From Octopus vulgaris (lineage: Eukaryota), in NCBI GenBank assembly GCA_951406725.2, contig OX597837.1, positions 46,438,001-46,502,000 on the forward strand: DNA of 64,000 nucleotides, given 5' to 3'. Positions 24,310 through 38,027 of the stretch are shown here, piece by piece. The position numbers and the translations under genes were made by a program. How positions within the stretch are numbered: the stretch's first letter is position 1; each line of letters starts with the position of its first letter. The notes beneath the pieces were generated by a model. That model made no database searches. It was not told where the DNA came from and saw only the letters and a program-made list of their open reading frames with translations.

Positions 24310-25308
24310 TTAAATACCAGCTAAATCAACACCATTGTCATTGTTTTTATGCCTGCTTTTTCTAAGCTGGACAAGACTTCTTGAAGCAACAGTATTCCAG
24401 GACTAGCTGCCCTTCCACTCACCAACCATTGCTTTTCAAATAAAGTACCTTATTTCACTGATTTTTGCCCATTGAACTACCAAGCAACTGGATATTGTTT
24501 ATGAGTGAACATAAAAAACATTGTCACTGCCGAAAGGAGTCAGAGCATATCCTCAAAGTGAAACACACACACACACATGCAAACACACACATGTATATGC
24601 AGGCTTCAATCAAATTTCGTGTATAAGGTCCTGGTCAGCTTGAAGCTAAAGTAAAAGTTCAAACTGCCAGGAAGTAGGACTGAACTTGAAACTAAATCTT
24701 TGCAAAGTGAACTTTTAATGCACAACCATGACTTGAGTCTATTGTCTAGAAATAAATGTAGAGGTTGTTCTATTAAATGCAGCAAATCTTTGTTTATTTT
24801 TTTAAAAATTAATTGAACCTCATAGAAAGGGCCGTTTGATTGGAACATAAAAAAGGGGAAATTCTGTTTCATCAAAACTTTGACAGATAACGCAAATCCG
24901 AGATACGGATATCTTCTATTAACATCCTGCTAAAGTTTTGTATAATCAGAGTGTGTGGCATTCTCACCTTTCCCAACAGCAGGAGTGACCAGAGTGAAGT
25001 GAAATAGATGTAGATACAGGGTGACCTCTAAGAGATGTAGTAAAGAAGTGTGTCTTAGAGCTTATCTGTAGATATAACACAGTAAAAGACTGTTAAATAC
25101 ACATCTGGTCCTTCATTCATGGGGCAGGCTTAGCGTTAGCATCCCTGTTGTGTATAAATATTTCTTGCTATGTAAATATCAACAGAAAGTAAAACAAACA
25201 CATCTATCTGTCAAAATAATCTAGAAAGATATATGTTTGGATTTCATCAGCACTCTGATGGAAACCCCAACACATCACAACGATTCTAGATTACTCTGAT
25301 ATTGGTTA

Positions 25309-26309
25309 CAGGTTTCTAACAGGAGCGACAAGGTCGCAGATGCACGGCTCATGCAGAACAAATACCACAAGGTATTTTTATTTTCTAGTCAATGCTTATA
25401 ACTATTGCCAATACACATCAGCAAGACACACACACACATTTATACACATATCAACGACAACTCCTGACACTTAATCCAGAGGATGCAATCTTAAAAATTA
25501 AAGTCCTATAATTGTAGCTGAGTATGTGTAGCACAGACAAACTTTCTTTCCACTTGTCTCTCATAATAATGAAAGACAAATTAAAACCGGGGTCTGCTAC
25601 TTGCATTCATTTAAACATGTATCGCACACCTTGCACTCATGTAGGAAATGCCACTGATATATTATATGACTGATATATCTTTATGGATAAATAAATACAC
25701 TGCAACAGTGTAATAATATAATCGAAACAAATGGCAGTAACCACATGGAACATAACAACAATCTTTTAAGAACCAACAATCCAACATGTTAACTCGAACT
25801 GTGAACTCCAACTTTGAACTATCAACACATGAACTGTGGAACTGGCATTGAACCACCTCACTTACTCAAACCGCATCATTCTCTCGCACAACGTCTCCCT
25901 TTCTGAGATTTCATGTTTCAAAGGAATAAAGATATTTCTTATTCATATTTTATACATATTTTTTGTTAAGTCTCTCTTTCACTCAAGGTGTTTGGTCTGC
26001 TTTCTTTTTCTCAAGTTGGTTCTATGTTGTGAGGTTAGAGAACATTCCAGTCTTTCTAGAATCTAGAAGGACTTCAATCAGAATGTGTGTAAAGTCATCA
26101 CTATCACTATCATCATCATCATAATAATCATTGTCATTAAGATTCAGGAGTTGTTTTTGATGTGTGTGTGTGTGTGTGTGTCTTTTGCTGATACATATAT
26201 GTTTACAGGTAATAGTTGTAAGCATTGACTAGAAAATAAAAATACCTTGTGGTATTTGTTCTGCCCTAGATATGCATATGCAACTTAGTCACTCCTGATA
26301 AAATCCCTG
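25309..26309. repeat. Long-range inverted repeat: arms 25309-25475 and 26136-26309, with a 46-bp perfect core
   Basis: 25353-25398 is the exact reverse complement of 26219-26264. Pairing extends to 57 bp with two G-T pairs, and the flanking arm sequence is homologous but much more diverged. Confidence 0.9.
25323..25371 (+). CDS. Candidate 49-nt exon inside the left arm of the inverted repeat
   Basis: gtttctaacag|GAGCGAC...CACAAG|gtattt. All three frames are open (e.g. SDKVADARLMQNKYHK), and it retains three CpGs lost in the inverted copy. Confidence 0.3.
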
Positions 26310-27160
26310 AGTCAGAGGACAGGTATAAAAAAACCCTCTCTACAGCACCAAAGGCAAATGCCACCTCAAAGCTAATCTTCCCAACCTATAGGTTTAGTAA
26401 GTGTAGGCCCATCTGCTCATGCTCGTGTCTGTCTTTAGTCCTTTCGCAGTCTCCCACCAGCACACAACCTCATTCACCATAGCAACCAGACACAGGAAGA
26501 CCAATAATAAAAATGCTTAAAAAGTAATGATTCCGTCTCCAAGAGTCAGCCCCTCTTTGACATGGATGTCATTTGTCAAACCAATTACTTCATCATCATC
26601 ATCATCATCATCGTTATTCTTCAATACAATACACATGACAAAGAAGCTGTGATCATGGTGATCTGCTTGTGGCAGTGGTCGGTTATTTGTGTAGAATACC
26701 AATCAGCCTGAAGGGCCGGAACAACTGCAACAGTATAAAACATCATCATTCCTACATCAACATCATCAATTTCACATCATTATTATCATCATCATAACCA
26801 CCACCACCATTATCATAACCATCATCATCATCATTATCATTCTCGTCGTTATTACCACCACCGCCATTGTAATCACTACCACTACCCTTATCATCCTTAT
26901 TACACCATCCCTCCATCTTCGTTCCTGCATCAACATGCCTGACTTCATCTCGTAAGTTTCATTTTAAGTCAACACTGTCCTCATCAACCCTGTCGTTAAC
27001 ATAAAACCCATTCTACCCCACCATCTACGCACTGCACTATCTTTCCCTCCCATCCACCCACATTGTTTACATAGGTTAGCTTAAGTCCTGAGCTACTGCC
27101 ATAGCAATGTGAAACACTGCGTTGTTCACTTGGCTTACCAAAGAATATCATAAATAACCA

Positions 27161-27201
<41 letters not shown>

Positions 27202-27550
27202 CCCCCCCACACACACACACACAAAGAGATGTGACAGTTGCTACAGACAAAGCATACATAGTAAAACTGTCAGAATTTTTATGTAAAATGTTGTAAAAAC
27301 ACAGATGGCGAAAATTAAAAACTGAACCGTATGAATTAGAAGTGAAAATAGATTTTTCAAAATTGCTGTTGTTGTTGTTGTAGTAGTAGTAGTGGTGGTG
27401 GTGGTGGTGGTGGTGGTGGTGGTGACAGCAATGATGATGATTGTCTTTATTTGTGACAGGTGCATAGACCGAAAGGAACATTGCAAAGTTGTGGCTTACA
27501 TAAAAGTCCAATGAAGGAGAAAAAAATCGTATGAGACAAAAATATACATA

Positions 27551-27679
27551 AGGCAGAGGCATGGTTGTTGTGCTTACTTCCCAACTACCTGGCATTTTGG
27601 GCAAATGTCTTCGACTATAGCCTCAGGTCAACCGAAGCCTTGTGGGTGGATTTGGTAGGCAGAAACTGAAAGAACCCTG

Positions 27680-27723
<44 letters not shown>

Positions 27724-27965
27724 AGGTGCAATGGCCCAGAAGCAGACTTTAAACAATGATGATGATGTATATGCATGTGTGTATGTATTTTAATATGTAT
27801 GTATGTTTGCATGTGTTGGTTTGTTTATGTTCCTGTAACTACTGATCTGGCAAAAGAAACTGATAGAATAAGTATCAAACTTATCAAAAAGTACCGGGCT
27901 CAATTTGTTCAGCTAAAATCCTTCAAGGCAGGGTCCCAGCATGGTTACAGTCAATGAATAAAACT
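27551..27965 (+). mobile_element. SINE family B, decayed
   Basis: TTGGGCAAATGTCTT...GGATTTGGTAGGCAGAAACTGAAAGAA, a TA run, then the 3' module ending CAGCATGG...CAGTCAATGA. Confidence 0.75.
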
Positions 27966-28164
27966 AATCAAATATAAAAGGCCTCCAACACGTGGGCAAG
28001 GGACCAAAGTAGGGAGGCACTTGGTAATATCTTGGGGAATTTCTAATGGAAGCAACAGATGAATGAGAATGACCTCCTTGATAGAATCAAAGGAACCTGA
28101 AGACAGATGAGTGGCATGTGGGTTGGTTGGAAAGGGGATGGAACAGATGTCAAACTGACCTTTA

Positions 28165-28700
28165 AAGGAGGAGACGAAGGAGAAGAAGATGACGATGATG
28201 AAGAAGAAGAAGAAGAAGAAGAAGAAGAAGAAGAAGAAGAAGAAGAAGAAGAAGAAGAAGAAGAAGAAGAAGAAGAAGAAGAAGACAAAGAAGAAGAAAA
28301 AGAGGAGAAGAAGAAGAAGAAGAAGAAGAAGAAGAAGAAGAAGAAGAAGAAGAAGAAGAAGAAGAAGAAGAAGAAGAAGAAGAAGAAGGAGCAGAAGAAG
28401 AAGAAGACAAAGAAGAAGAAAAAGAGGAGAAGAAGGAGAAGAAGAAGAAGAAGAAGAAGAAGAAGAAGAAGAAGGAGGAGGAGCAGAAGAAGGAGAAGAA
28501 GAAGAAGACAAAGAAGAAAAAAAAGAGGAGAAGAAGGAGAAGAAGAAGAAGAAGAAGAAGAAGAAGGAGGAGGAGGAGCAGAAGAAGAAGAAGGAGGAGC
28601 AGAAGAAGAAGAAGACAAAGAAGAAGAAAAAAGAGGAGAAGAAGGAGAAGAAGAAGAAGAAGAAGAAGAAGAAGAAGAAGAAGAAGAAGAAGAAGAAGGG
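28165..28700. repeat. Compound (GAA)n homopurine tract with higher-order units
   Basis: About 530 bp almost entirely purine on the + strand; the marker GACAAAGAAGAA.AAAAAGAGGAG recurs at 28284, 28406, 28507 and 28614. Confidence 0.95.
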
Positions 28701-29094
28701 GTTTATGTTAGAAAGAATGGAGTAAGATAGAGAGAAGGAATGAAGGGAAAATGAGTTTCTGGTTGGAGAAATAATGTTGGAGGTGAAAAGAATGATTAAA
28801 CAACATGGGAAGTGTAGAAAGTGTGGAAGGAACCGACTTTAGGGTGACACTAAGACACAGGTATGGGGGGGGGGGGGGCTGATTAAAGTTCATTCATAAA
28901 ATTGTTCTTTTGAAGTTTTGTTGTTTCTCTTTATTGTTGAGTGAGAAGAAGAAGAAGAAGAAGAAAGAAGAGAGGGAGCAGTGCACATTTCATCTGAAGG
29001 ACATCAGAGGCGAAGGAGTTTAACCTGGTTGCTGTTAAAATTGGCATTCTGTAGGTTGTAGGGAAAGATAACAGTGAAATGCTGAGATTAATCT

Positions 29095-29131
<37 letters not shown>

Positions 29132-29333
29132 TCTCTCTCTCTGATACAAATACACACTGCATGGCTAAATAAAAGGGCCAAGGAAGAAGCATTGACATCA
29201 TAACACTCACTAATCTTTATTATGTTGAGACAAGAAAAAGAAAGGAAGAAGAGAAAGAGAAGGAGAGAGGGATAAAAAGAAAGAAAGAAGAAAAAGAGAT
29301 AGGAAGATTAAGGAAGATTAAGAGAAGGGAAGG

Positions 29334-29368
<35 letters not shown>

Positions 29369-29822
29369 AATTGTAAGCATAGAGAGAATTCCAGGAAGAA
29401 TGCAGTGTTGGAGAAGAAAGGATTGGAGGAAAAAAGTGCATAGCAAAAGGACAAGGAGTGAAGTTTAAGGTTTGCTCAGAGAAAGAAGGGACAGGACCTA
29501 TAATATTTCTTTTTTTAGGACTCTGAGACAGGTGAACGAAACAGAGACAGGTGAACAACTGATTAGTTTTCAATGATCAGAGACTTGCTACAAATGTTTG
29601 CAACATAGCAGATTCTGTTGAACCATGTTGTATTGAAACCAGCCATATCTGGCCCAAATATTCTCTGCTTTACATTCAAACCAGCTAGATTTGGCCTCTC
29701 ACACCTACCCAACAATGTAATTCTAACAAATAAACAATCACATCATTGAAATCTCAAAGCTACAAGATAATGCATGATTAATTCAAAACAGGACCAGATG
29801 ATGGTATAAAACAGGGAGACAT

Positions 29823-30060
29823 AATAAAGTGGTAAGCTGGCAGAAACGTTAGCACACTGGGCAAAATGCTTAGCGGTATTTCGTCTGCCACTACGTTCCG
29901 AGTTCAAATTCTGCCAAGGTCGACTTTGTCTTTCATCCTTTCGAGGTCGATTAAATAAGTACCAGTTATGCACTGGGGTAGATATAATCGACTTAATCCG
30001 TTTGTCTGTCCTTGTTTGTCCTCTCTGTGTTTAGCCCCTCGTGGGTAGTAAAGAAATAAA
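29823..30060 (+). mobile_element. SINE family A with an 18-bp TSD
   Basis: TATAAAACAGGGAGACAT at 29805-29822 and 30061-30078. Confidence 0.9.
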
Positions 30061-33000
30061 TATAAAACAGGGAGACATGTTAGATAGGCTTCTGTACAGT
30101 TTCCATTTACCAAATTTCATTCACTTGACTCGGGTCAACCTAAACTGTGGAAGAAGACACTTGCCAAGGTTCCATACAGTGGGATGGAACTTGAAACCAC
30201 ATGACTGTGAAACAAGCTTGTTAATCACACACTATGCCTGCAACTTAAATGATGAGATAGAGTAGGGATAACAAGACAAGGAATGAGATTGGAAGGGGCC
30301 TTGAAGACTGAAGCAATGGTGGATGGATCTACCTCCGCTATGACAGAAGTGGCTCATGAAGATGCCATGCAAATGGCCTGAACCCAGAACTGCATTCCTT
30401 TAAAGCATATTTGTTAAGTACACACTGTGCCCTTAACTTGATCAATAAGATAGAAATGGGATAACAAGAGGAGGAGAGGTAGAAGATAAAAGTAGGTTTG
30501 TGTGGAAGGGGTATGCAATTTGCTATTTCAAAGGAGTAGAAGTAGTTGTAAAAACTAACACTTCCTTTTTCCAAGCTGAGATTAGAGACCGAATCGAGGG
30601 ATTTTTGCTCGGCTGATCCATCGTTGGCCAAGCAGGCACAAGGGAGGTTTCTTTGTCCTGTCAAGGAGTGATGGGTGGATTTCTCTTTGACCTGCAACCT
30701 GAGCTGTGTCATTTAGGGTTCAAGTGGATGAGAGGCAACCTACATAGGTGGAAGTTGCTCCTGTGGTATGTCTGTCCTGAGGTAGATAGCCATCACCAGG
30801 CGAACTGTCAAGAGACAAACAGACAGCCAGCAGTTAACTTGCACCAGTCAAGCAGCCAACATAGAACCACATATCCAGCATGAATGACCCAACATAGAAC
30901 CACGAGTCGCAGAACATAAACATACACGACCGAATGACCAACGCACACACAGACACAAAAAATGCCCAGTTCTGCCTCCTCATCACGTCGACACAAAGCA
31001 AGTTGGTAATGTCATGGAGTGAATTTTCTGGTGTATAAAAGACATAAATGCAAGTGTTGATTAAATAAAATATTTAAACCACAATCCGATGCTTTCCCAC
31101 TGTTTTACTTTGATATTGTCCACATGCCTATTTCACCTGCTACCTCAATGACATCTTTTGCTACACCATTGCACTACATAGTTATAGCAGCAGCAATAGA
31201 AGAGACAGAGAGAAGACACAGCATGTCTCTTGACCATTGGTTGTTACGGATGTTTAGACCCTACGTAAGTTCTGATAAGCAGATCTATGAAGAAAGACAT
31301 TTCCAGCAATGACCATCCAATTGTATTTTCAGACACTGTATATCTAATATTATCCAATATGTCCTTCTTTTATTAAGACAGTAGGGTATGATTTAAAGAA
31401 GATGTGGACTTGATTGTTGGGTTGCAGGCCAGGGATTATAATGTGTGGTGAATTGGCCATTAATAATCAGCTAAATGATTTTTCTCCTTAAATATAGTCT
31501 ACAATGTTTGTGTGCATATAAGCATCTCCAATTAACCAGTACTCTAATACTAAAAGACAGGATAGTCATGGCTGGAACACTTTGGATTATAGATATGCTC
31601 CACTACCTGCAACACAGACATCATAACTAACAAAACAACAATACTGCATCAGCCAACGAGAAGGCCTCTATGTGGATGGCTGCTCAACAAACTAAAAAAC
31701 TGCAGCTAAATCTCCCTCAAATATGAAAAAAAGAACACATCAGATGCCATTCTGGGTTCCTCACACATAGCAAAAAGATGGGATAGTCCCAGTTTGAAGA
31801 GCTTTAATTATATGTCTGCTTGATCGTGGCTAAGCTGGAGTTAAACTCCATCACTAGTAGTACCCCTGCCATTATTTCCTCTGCCAGTGCTGTCTATAAT
31901 TATCATTATTGCCATGACCACCACCACTGTTAATGTCACCATAATTGTTAGTTATTGCTCCTGTAATCGATACAATTACTTCTACCACCACCACCACCAC
32001 CACTACAGCACCACAGCCCACACCAACAGCGTAACTACTGTCATTATCACAACAATTGTAAGCAACATCACCCACCGACCAATAATACTGCTTTTACTAT
32101 CACCAATAACATGTCAACTACCAACAACAACAACAACAACAACATAATGCACACTAACTACTGCCACTATTAACACACCACTGCTGCCATTACCACAACT
32201 ATAATAAGCACTGGCACCATTAATTCAGCTGTTCTTTTCACTACTGAGTTACCCCCACCAACACATACATCATCTCACACACATATACACGTACTATACA
32301 TATATGTATACATATATGTGTGTGTGTGTGTGTGTGTATGTGTCTGCGTGTGTGTGTGTGTGTGTGCATGGCTGTTTCAATAAGTAAACAAATTAGACAG
32401 ATAAATTAAACAGGCAAATCAAACAAAATAAATAATTAAATTTCAAAAACAAATAGCAAGATATGTTTCAAGGAGTGGGGGGAGGAGGAGAAAGAGGATC
32501 GCAATGATGATTGTGGTGATGAGAATGGTGGTGGTGGTGGTGGTGATTATGATGAAGGAAGATGAGAGGTCACTGGGACAGAAAATTAATCATTCTGAAA
32601 CTACCTTCACTTGAAACAGTTTTTGATGAATTACTGAAGATTTACACAGAAAAAGGAATTAGAGAGGAAATTAGTAAAACACACTCATGTAAATTCCTAT
32701 TCACATACACCCATAAATACACACATGCATAATACATGTGCACAAATTCACACACACACACACACATGTACACACACACACACAGACAAGCTACCAAACA
32801 CCCCAATACTACCCATTAAAAGCTGATTTTCTTTTCTAACTGCTCTGCCAACCACATCAACTTTCCAAGCAATTGTTATATTGAGTTGACACGCCAAAGA
32901 GAGAGGCTCTATGGTTACATGATCTACAAGAAATAATAGCTAAGTCTCCCTCAAAATACATATGGCCATCTTGAAAATGTGAGAAACACATTGGATAATA

Positions 33001-35254
33001 TAGTTTTAGAAGCAGACACTCTTTAGACTGAACCTGTGAATAAGACATGTTACTTCTCTCTGGAAACTTAAAATAACACCTTGGGCAAGTGTTAACGACT
33101 TCTTTCACTGCCTACGGGGATTTGTGACATTTTGGCACAGTCATTTTGGTGCCACCTATTTGACATCAGATGTTTTAATGTTTCTCTTATGTCAGTATTT
33201 TTCTCTTCACTGAGGCATCAAGCTTGCAGAATTATTATTAGCACAGCAGGCAAAATGCTTAGCAGCATTTTGGCCATCTTTATGTTTGGGGTTCAAATTC
33301 CTCCAAGATTAACTTTCATCCTTTCGGGGTTGATAAAATAAGTACCAGTTGAGCGCTGAGGGTCAATTTAATCGACTTAGCCCTTCTCCTAAAACTGCTG
33401 GCCTTGTGCCAAAATTTGCAGCCACTATCTCTCTTTCTCTCTCTCTCTTTATGTGTGAGCATATCTCTCTTTATTTATATGAGGAGAGAGAAATTATTTA
33501 TGTGAACCATGTTCAATTAATAAATTATGATGTCTCTCTTTCTCTCCCCTTTTCTCTTATTCTTTCTGTATGAGCTAATTTCTGCAGGAATGTGCAGGTG
33601 TGCATGTGAATGTATCAGGCCATTAAGTATGGAATGTCCAATTTTCTTATGCATCAAGTTTGACAGTCATTAACTCTAATGTTTTATCCTGACAATTCTT
33701 TGTTTTGCAACATTGAAGAGTTACATCATCACTTTTTGAAATGCAATTCATGGTGTCTGATTATATTGTGAGTTTTCTCTTGTAAACCAATTTTTGTGAA
33801 CCCATGGGTAGATCAAAAATTCATGTTTATGAATATGAGTTCTGCTGTGGAACCAATGCATATTTATTATGCTTATTTATTTACATTGTTTTGAATTAAT
33901 CATGCATTGTGTTGTAGCTTTGAGATTTCGATGATGTAACTCTATATTTTTAGAATGACATTGTTGGGTTGATGTGAAAGGCTGAATCTGGCCAGTTTCA
34001 ACATAAAACAGGTAAGAGGGTTTTGGCCAGATGTGGCCAGTTTAAATGTTAATGGGTTAAACACTCCCTACAACTGTAACGGCAGAAGATAGCTGCAACA
34101 GTTTAGTGTGTCCAGTTGACTTGGTCATTTTGTTACTGAAATGACACTGGGTATGATTTGAAACTACATCATTTTCCTCCACAACTGAACATCACTACAC
34201 AGTCTGGAACTTCAGTCCCAAGAGATCCCTCGCTCCATCTTTCACGGTAGGCTTTTCTACATCATGATAACACAGGTATGAGTTAGCAAGTTCCCAATAC
34301 TCTATTTCCAATTCAGAAGGGCCTTCTTGATAGCTCAAGTTGCCCTTGGTCTCAACTCCCACCCATCACATATAAACCCCAGTACATTACTGTTATTTAT
34401 TTCAGCAATAAAGAAAGAATGACATAAAAAAATCAAGTGGCAGGATTTAAATTCTCAGAATAGGGAAGGGATGAAACTAAATGCATTTTGTCCAGTTCAG
34501 AAGGAATACAACAAAGAGGGGTTAAGTGGATGTAATATTTAGTAGAAACAATTCAAGAGTTTTGAGTTCAAAACCACAATTTCCATGGTCACTTAATTCT
34601 ACATGCCTTGGTACAGATTGATGGCTGGATTAGGAAGCAGATCATCTAGCAATGTTGCCCCAAATAACCCAATAACTCTGAGAAAGATTTGTCTCACTTT
34701 TCTCTTAACACAACAAAACAGGCACTAAGAGCCATCCCATGGAATTCTCTTTGACAAGTCAATGAGGGAACTGCAACCTGCAAGGAATGGTTGTTAAATG
34801 TGATGAACATGGTTGGAACATCTTTGATTGAATGTCCTCTTTGATGTGGACTGACTTAGGCCTAATAAACATTAAAAATACTTGCCCAAGATACCATGGG
34901 ACAGAACTTCAAAAGCACAACTACACCCTTGCCTAATAAAATGTACAAAATTGTTTGAGAAGGAAAATGAAAATATTCAGAAATTAAATTATTCTGAATA
35001 AGAAGACAACATGTTAGTCACAGAAACAGATGGTTCGGTACAGTGTTTTTATAACTTTGTTTTTACTAACTACATACTGATTTCTAAGTAATTTTTCAAT
35101 GCTCCATGTAATGGATATATAAATATTATTGCTTTGGCATCAGTAAATTATGGAGAGTATCATCATTATTATGTTCATGCTGAAATGGGTTGGATAGGAC
35201 TCTTTGAGGCAAGGGTTTATGATCAGATATCCTTCCTGGTGCCAACCCTTTTGA

Positions 35255-35661
35255 TTTACTTTTTACCTTTTGCTTGTTTCAGTCATTAGACTACAGCCAT
35301 TAGACTGAGGTACCATCTTGAAAAACTTTTGGTTGAATGAATTGACTCCAGTACTGTTTTTTTTTTAAAGTCAGGTACTTATTCTATAAGTCTCTTTTAC
35401 TGAACTGCTAAGTTACAGGGATGTAAACACAACACCAGTTGTCAAGCAGTGGTGGTAGACATCCTCAGACACAAAGACACACACACACACACACACACAC
35501 ACACGATGGACTTCTTTGAGTTTCTGTCTATCAAATCTATTCACAAGGCTTTGGTTGGCCTGAGGCTATAGTTGAAGATGCTTGCCCAAAGTGCCATGCA
35601 GTGGGACTGAACATGGAACCATGTGGTTGAGAATCAAGCTTCTTACCGTGTAGCTACGCCT
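35255..35661 (-). mobile_element. SINE family B, near full length
   Basis: Same architecture as 11886-12295. Confidence 0.85.
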
Positions 35662-35737
35662 TCATTTCTAAATTAAATTTGAAAATAATCAAGAAATTGG
35701 AATGATTTAGCAAAATGACTAACTTTATCTTTATTAA

Positions 35738-35946
35738 CCTTTTAGTATTTAAACCGGCCAAAATAGTTAATCTGTTTTATGTTCAAACTGACCAGATCCA
35801 GGCTCTCACACCTACCCTACAATGTTATTCTACATGAAGTAATTACACCATCAAGATCTTGAAGATAGGAGATAATGCATGATTAATTCAAATCAATGTG
35901 AATCAATAGGCATTATGTTTGATAGAATAATCAGAACACTAAAGGG
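35738..35946. mobile_element. TTAA MITE nested in an older TTAA-type element (about 35665-36086)
   Basis: TTAA on both sides; the flanks rejoin to resemble the uninterrupted element at 57404-57634. Confidence 0.75.
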
Positions 35947-36624
35947 TTAAAGTTAATGTTTGGAATGTGACTTAAAATCAAGGTGAAAGCCTTCTAATTA
36001 GAATATGAACATTTTTAAAACATGCAGATGTCTATCATAAAACTAGCTTGTTTGGTACTTGGGTGAGTTGGTATTTAAAGAGTTAAAGCTAGATGTACTG
36101 CACCAGTGAAACTTAAGTTTTGTCCACATAGAGAACATATTGCAGCTGAAATATTAATTTTTACATCAACAGACGATCTGTAGCCTTGAACAGCTGCAAT
36201 AATAGACAAACAGGGAATTTAATAATCAGTCGATATGTTCTACCAATAACCATTGAGCAGGATACAGAACAATTTTTCACACAATTAATAAAATATGCAA
36301 ATATTTCCTTCCCAACAATCAAGGCTGACCTCTAGGTATCCTTGGATCGGTAACTGCTGACTCACAGACTTGGAGTGGTTCACAAACCATTTCTTTTATT
36401 AGTAATGCCAATAAAGTATCTAACTTAGTTCTGTTCCATTCAAATTATATTACAAGAAGTTTTCTTTTATATTTTGTATTCTATTTTATTCGAATGTAAA
36501 TTAAGAAAACATTTTAATGTCAATTTAAAACAGTTTTTTTTTCTCTTTACTAATTAAAAATATAAGATACATTCTATTCAATAACAAATTCTTCAGTTTA
36601 TTCAAGAATTAACTGAAAGATAAT

Positions 36625-36935
36625 CATCCTCATCATCATCATCAACATTTAACGTCTATTTTCCTTGTTGGCATGGCTGGCACAGCTTGACAGGAACTGG
36701 CAAGGCCAGGGGGCACACTAGGTTCCATAGTCTGTGTTTGGCATGGTTTCTATGGTTGGATGTCCCCCTGACACCACCACTTTACAGAGTGTACTGGGTG
36801 CTTTTTATGTGGCACTATCACCAGTGCTTTTGACATGACACCAGTATCCACACCAATGCTTTTTACATGGCACCTTGGTTTTTAAATCTCAATTGTATTG
36901 CGACGGGCAGATCTTCTCAAGTACAGAAATGCACC
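36625..36935 (-). mobile_element. RTE 3' UTR copy
   Basis: (CAT)n then TTTAACGTC...; co-linear with 15481-15780, including the internal GCTTTT.ACATG.CACC repeats. Confidence 0.75.
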
Positions 36936-37580
36936 AACAGGATATTTCTTCCATGCTGTCCCAACAAGTGGATGCTTAACTACAAAAATTTGTTAAAGAT
37001 GAGAGTAACCAATGCAAACCTCATAACATTTCTTGAGAGAAGCTTCAAGAATGTGTGTTTGTGAGTGATATTTGATCAAAGGTATTCTAGTTGTGACCAG
37101 CATGTTCTTTTGTTTTCCAGTTTTAAGTAATCTCTAAGACAATGTTATCTAGTGCACCCATCCATTTTTTTAAGCTTGCCAAATACGATTTGAGAAAAAT
37201 TTAGTTACTGTCTTTAGTAGCTCAAGTAACTGTATAGACGTTTCTCTTATTAGCTCATGTAGTTTTTTAGTAATGCTGAGTGGTATGTGGGCAGTCGTGA
37301 CCTGATTTTCAACTTGTGTAGATTCTTGGATAAAAAGTAGTTGCACTAGAACCTCCTTTTAGTGTGAAGAAAAAGTATTTCTTGGACACTTTTTTTATTA
37401 AAACAGTTCATGACAGAAGTGGATCTACCTAAATATAACATGCTTGAAAGCTTCAAACATGGGGTAATTAGTACACGATTTAAGATTTCTGTAACTGTTG
37501 TTGTTAAAGCAATACATCATCATCTCTGCAAAGAGGCTTTGAACTCAGGCCTGTTTTTAAGTGTCTATAACATTAAGAGG

Positions 37581-37885
37581 TGAAGACATACGCATAGTGG
37601 TCAAGCTGTTGATTCCAAGATTGATGGTTCAATGTATCATTGGGCAAGGTACTTCATTTCACTCTACTCCAGTTCACTTTGCTGAAAATGAGTTTGCTGC
37701 AGAGTGACATACTCCAAACAAATTAACCTCAAAATCTTGCAAATGTAAAATGTCAATAGCCTTTGATGGCTATAGCACACTGAATGAATGATGAGCCTTA
37801 AGTGGATGCCAGTCTATAGTTGGTTAACATGGCTAGAGGACCTGGTACCTACTCTCACCAAGCTACGGAAACTGGGGCATGCAGA
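37581..37885 (+). mobile_element. Older tRNA/CORE-like SINE of a different family
   Basis: TAGTGGTCAAG (A-box-like), GGTTCAA, CATTGGGCAAGGTACTT, and GCTACGGAAACTGGG near the end. Confidence 0.5.
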
Positions 37886-38027
37886 AATAAAAGTATAATT
37901 GAAAGTGACTCACAAATCCAGAAAACTAGTTATGACAACACAAGCTAAAGAGGGAACCACTAAGTCAGTTCTCGTTCTGTTAGAAATAGGAACCAAATTA
38001 TCAACTCACACCCTATAGTCTTGTGAA

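Noticed and set aside
27951-28730. Long poly-E/K/R and poly-L/F/S ORFs
   Set aside because: They are products of the GAA tract; its higher-order units are not multiples of three, so no frame is maintained.
29525-29556. Tandem GAGACAGGTGAAC (paired CAGGTG E-boxes)
   Set aside because: Adequately explained as a small slippage duplication; no independent regulatory evidence.
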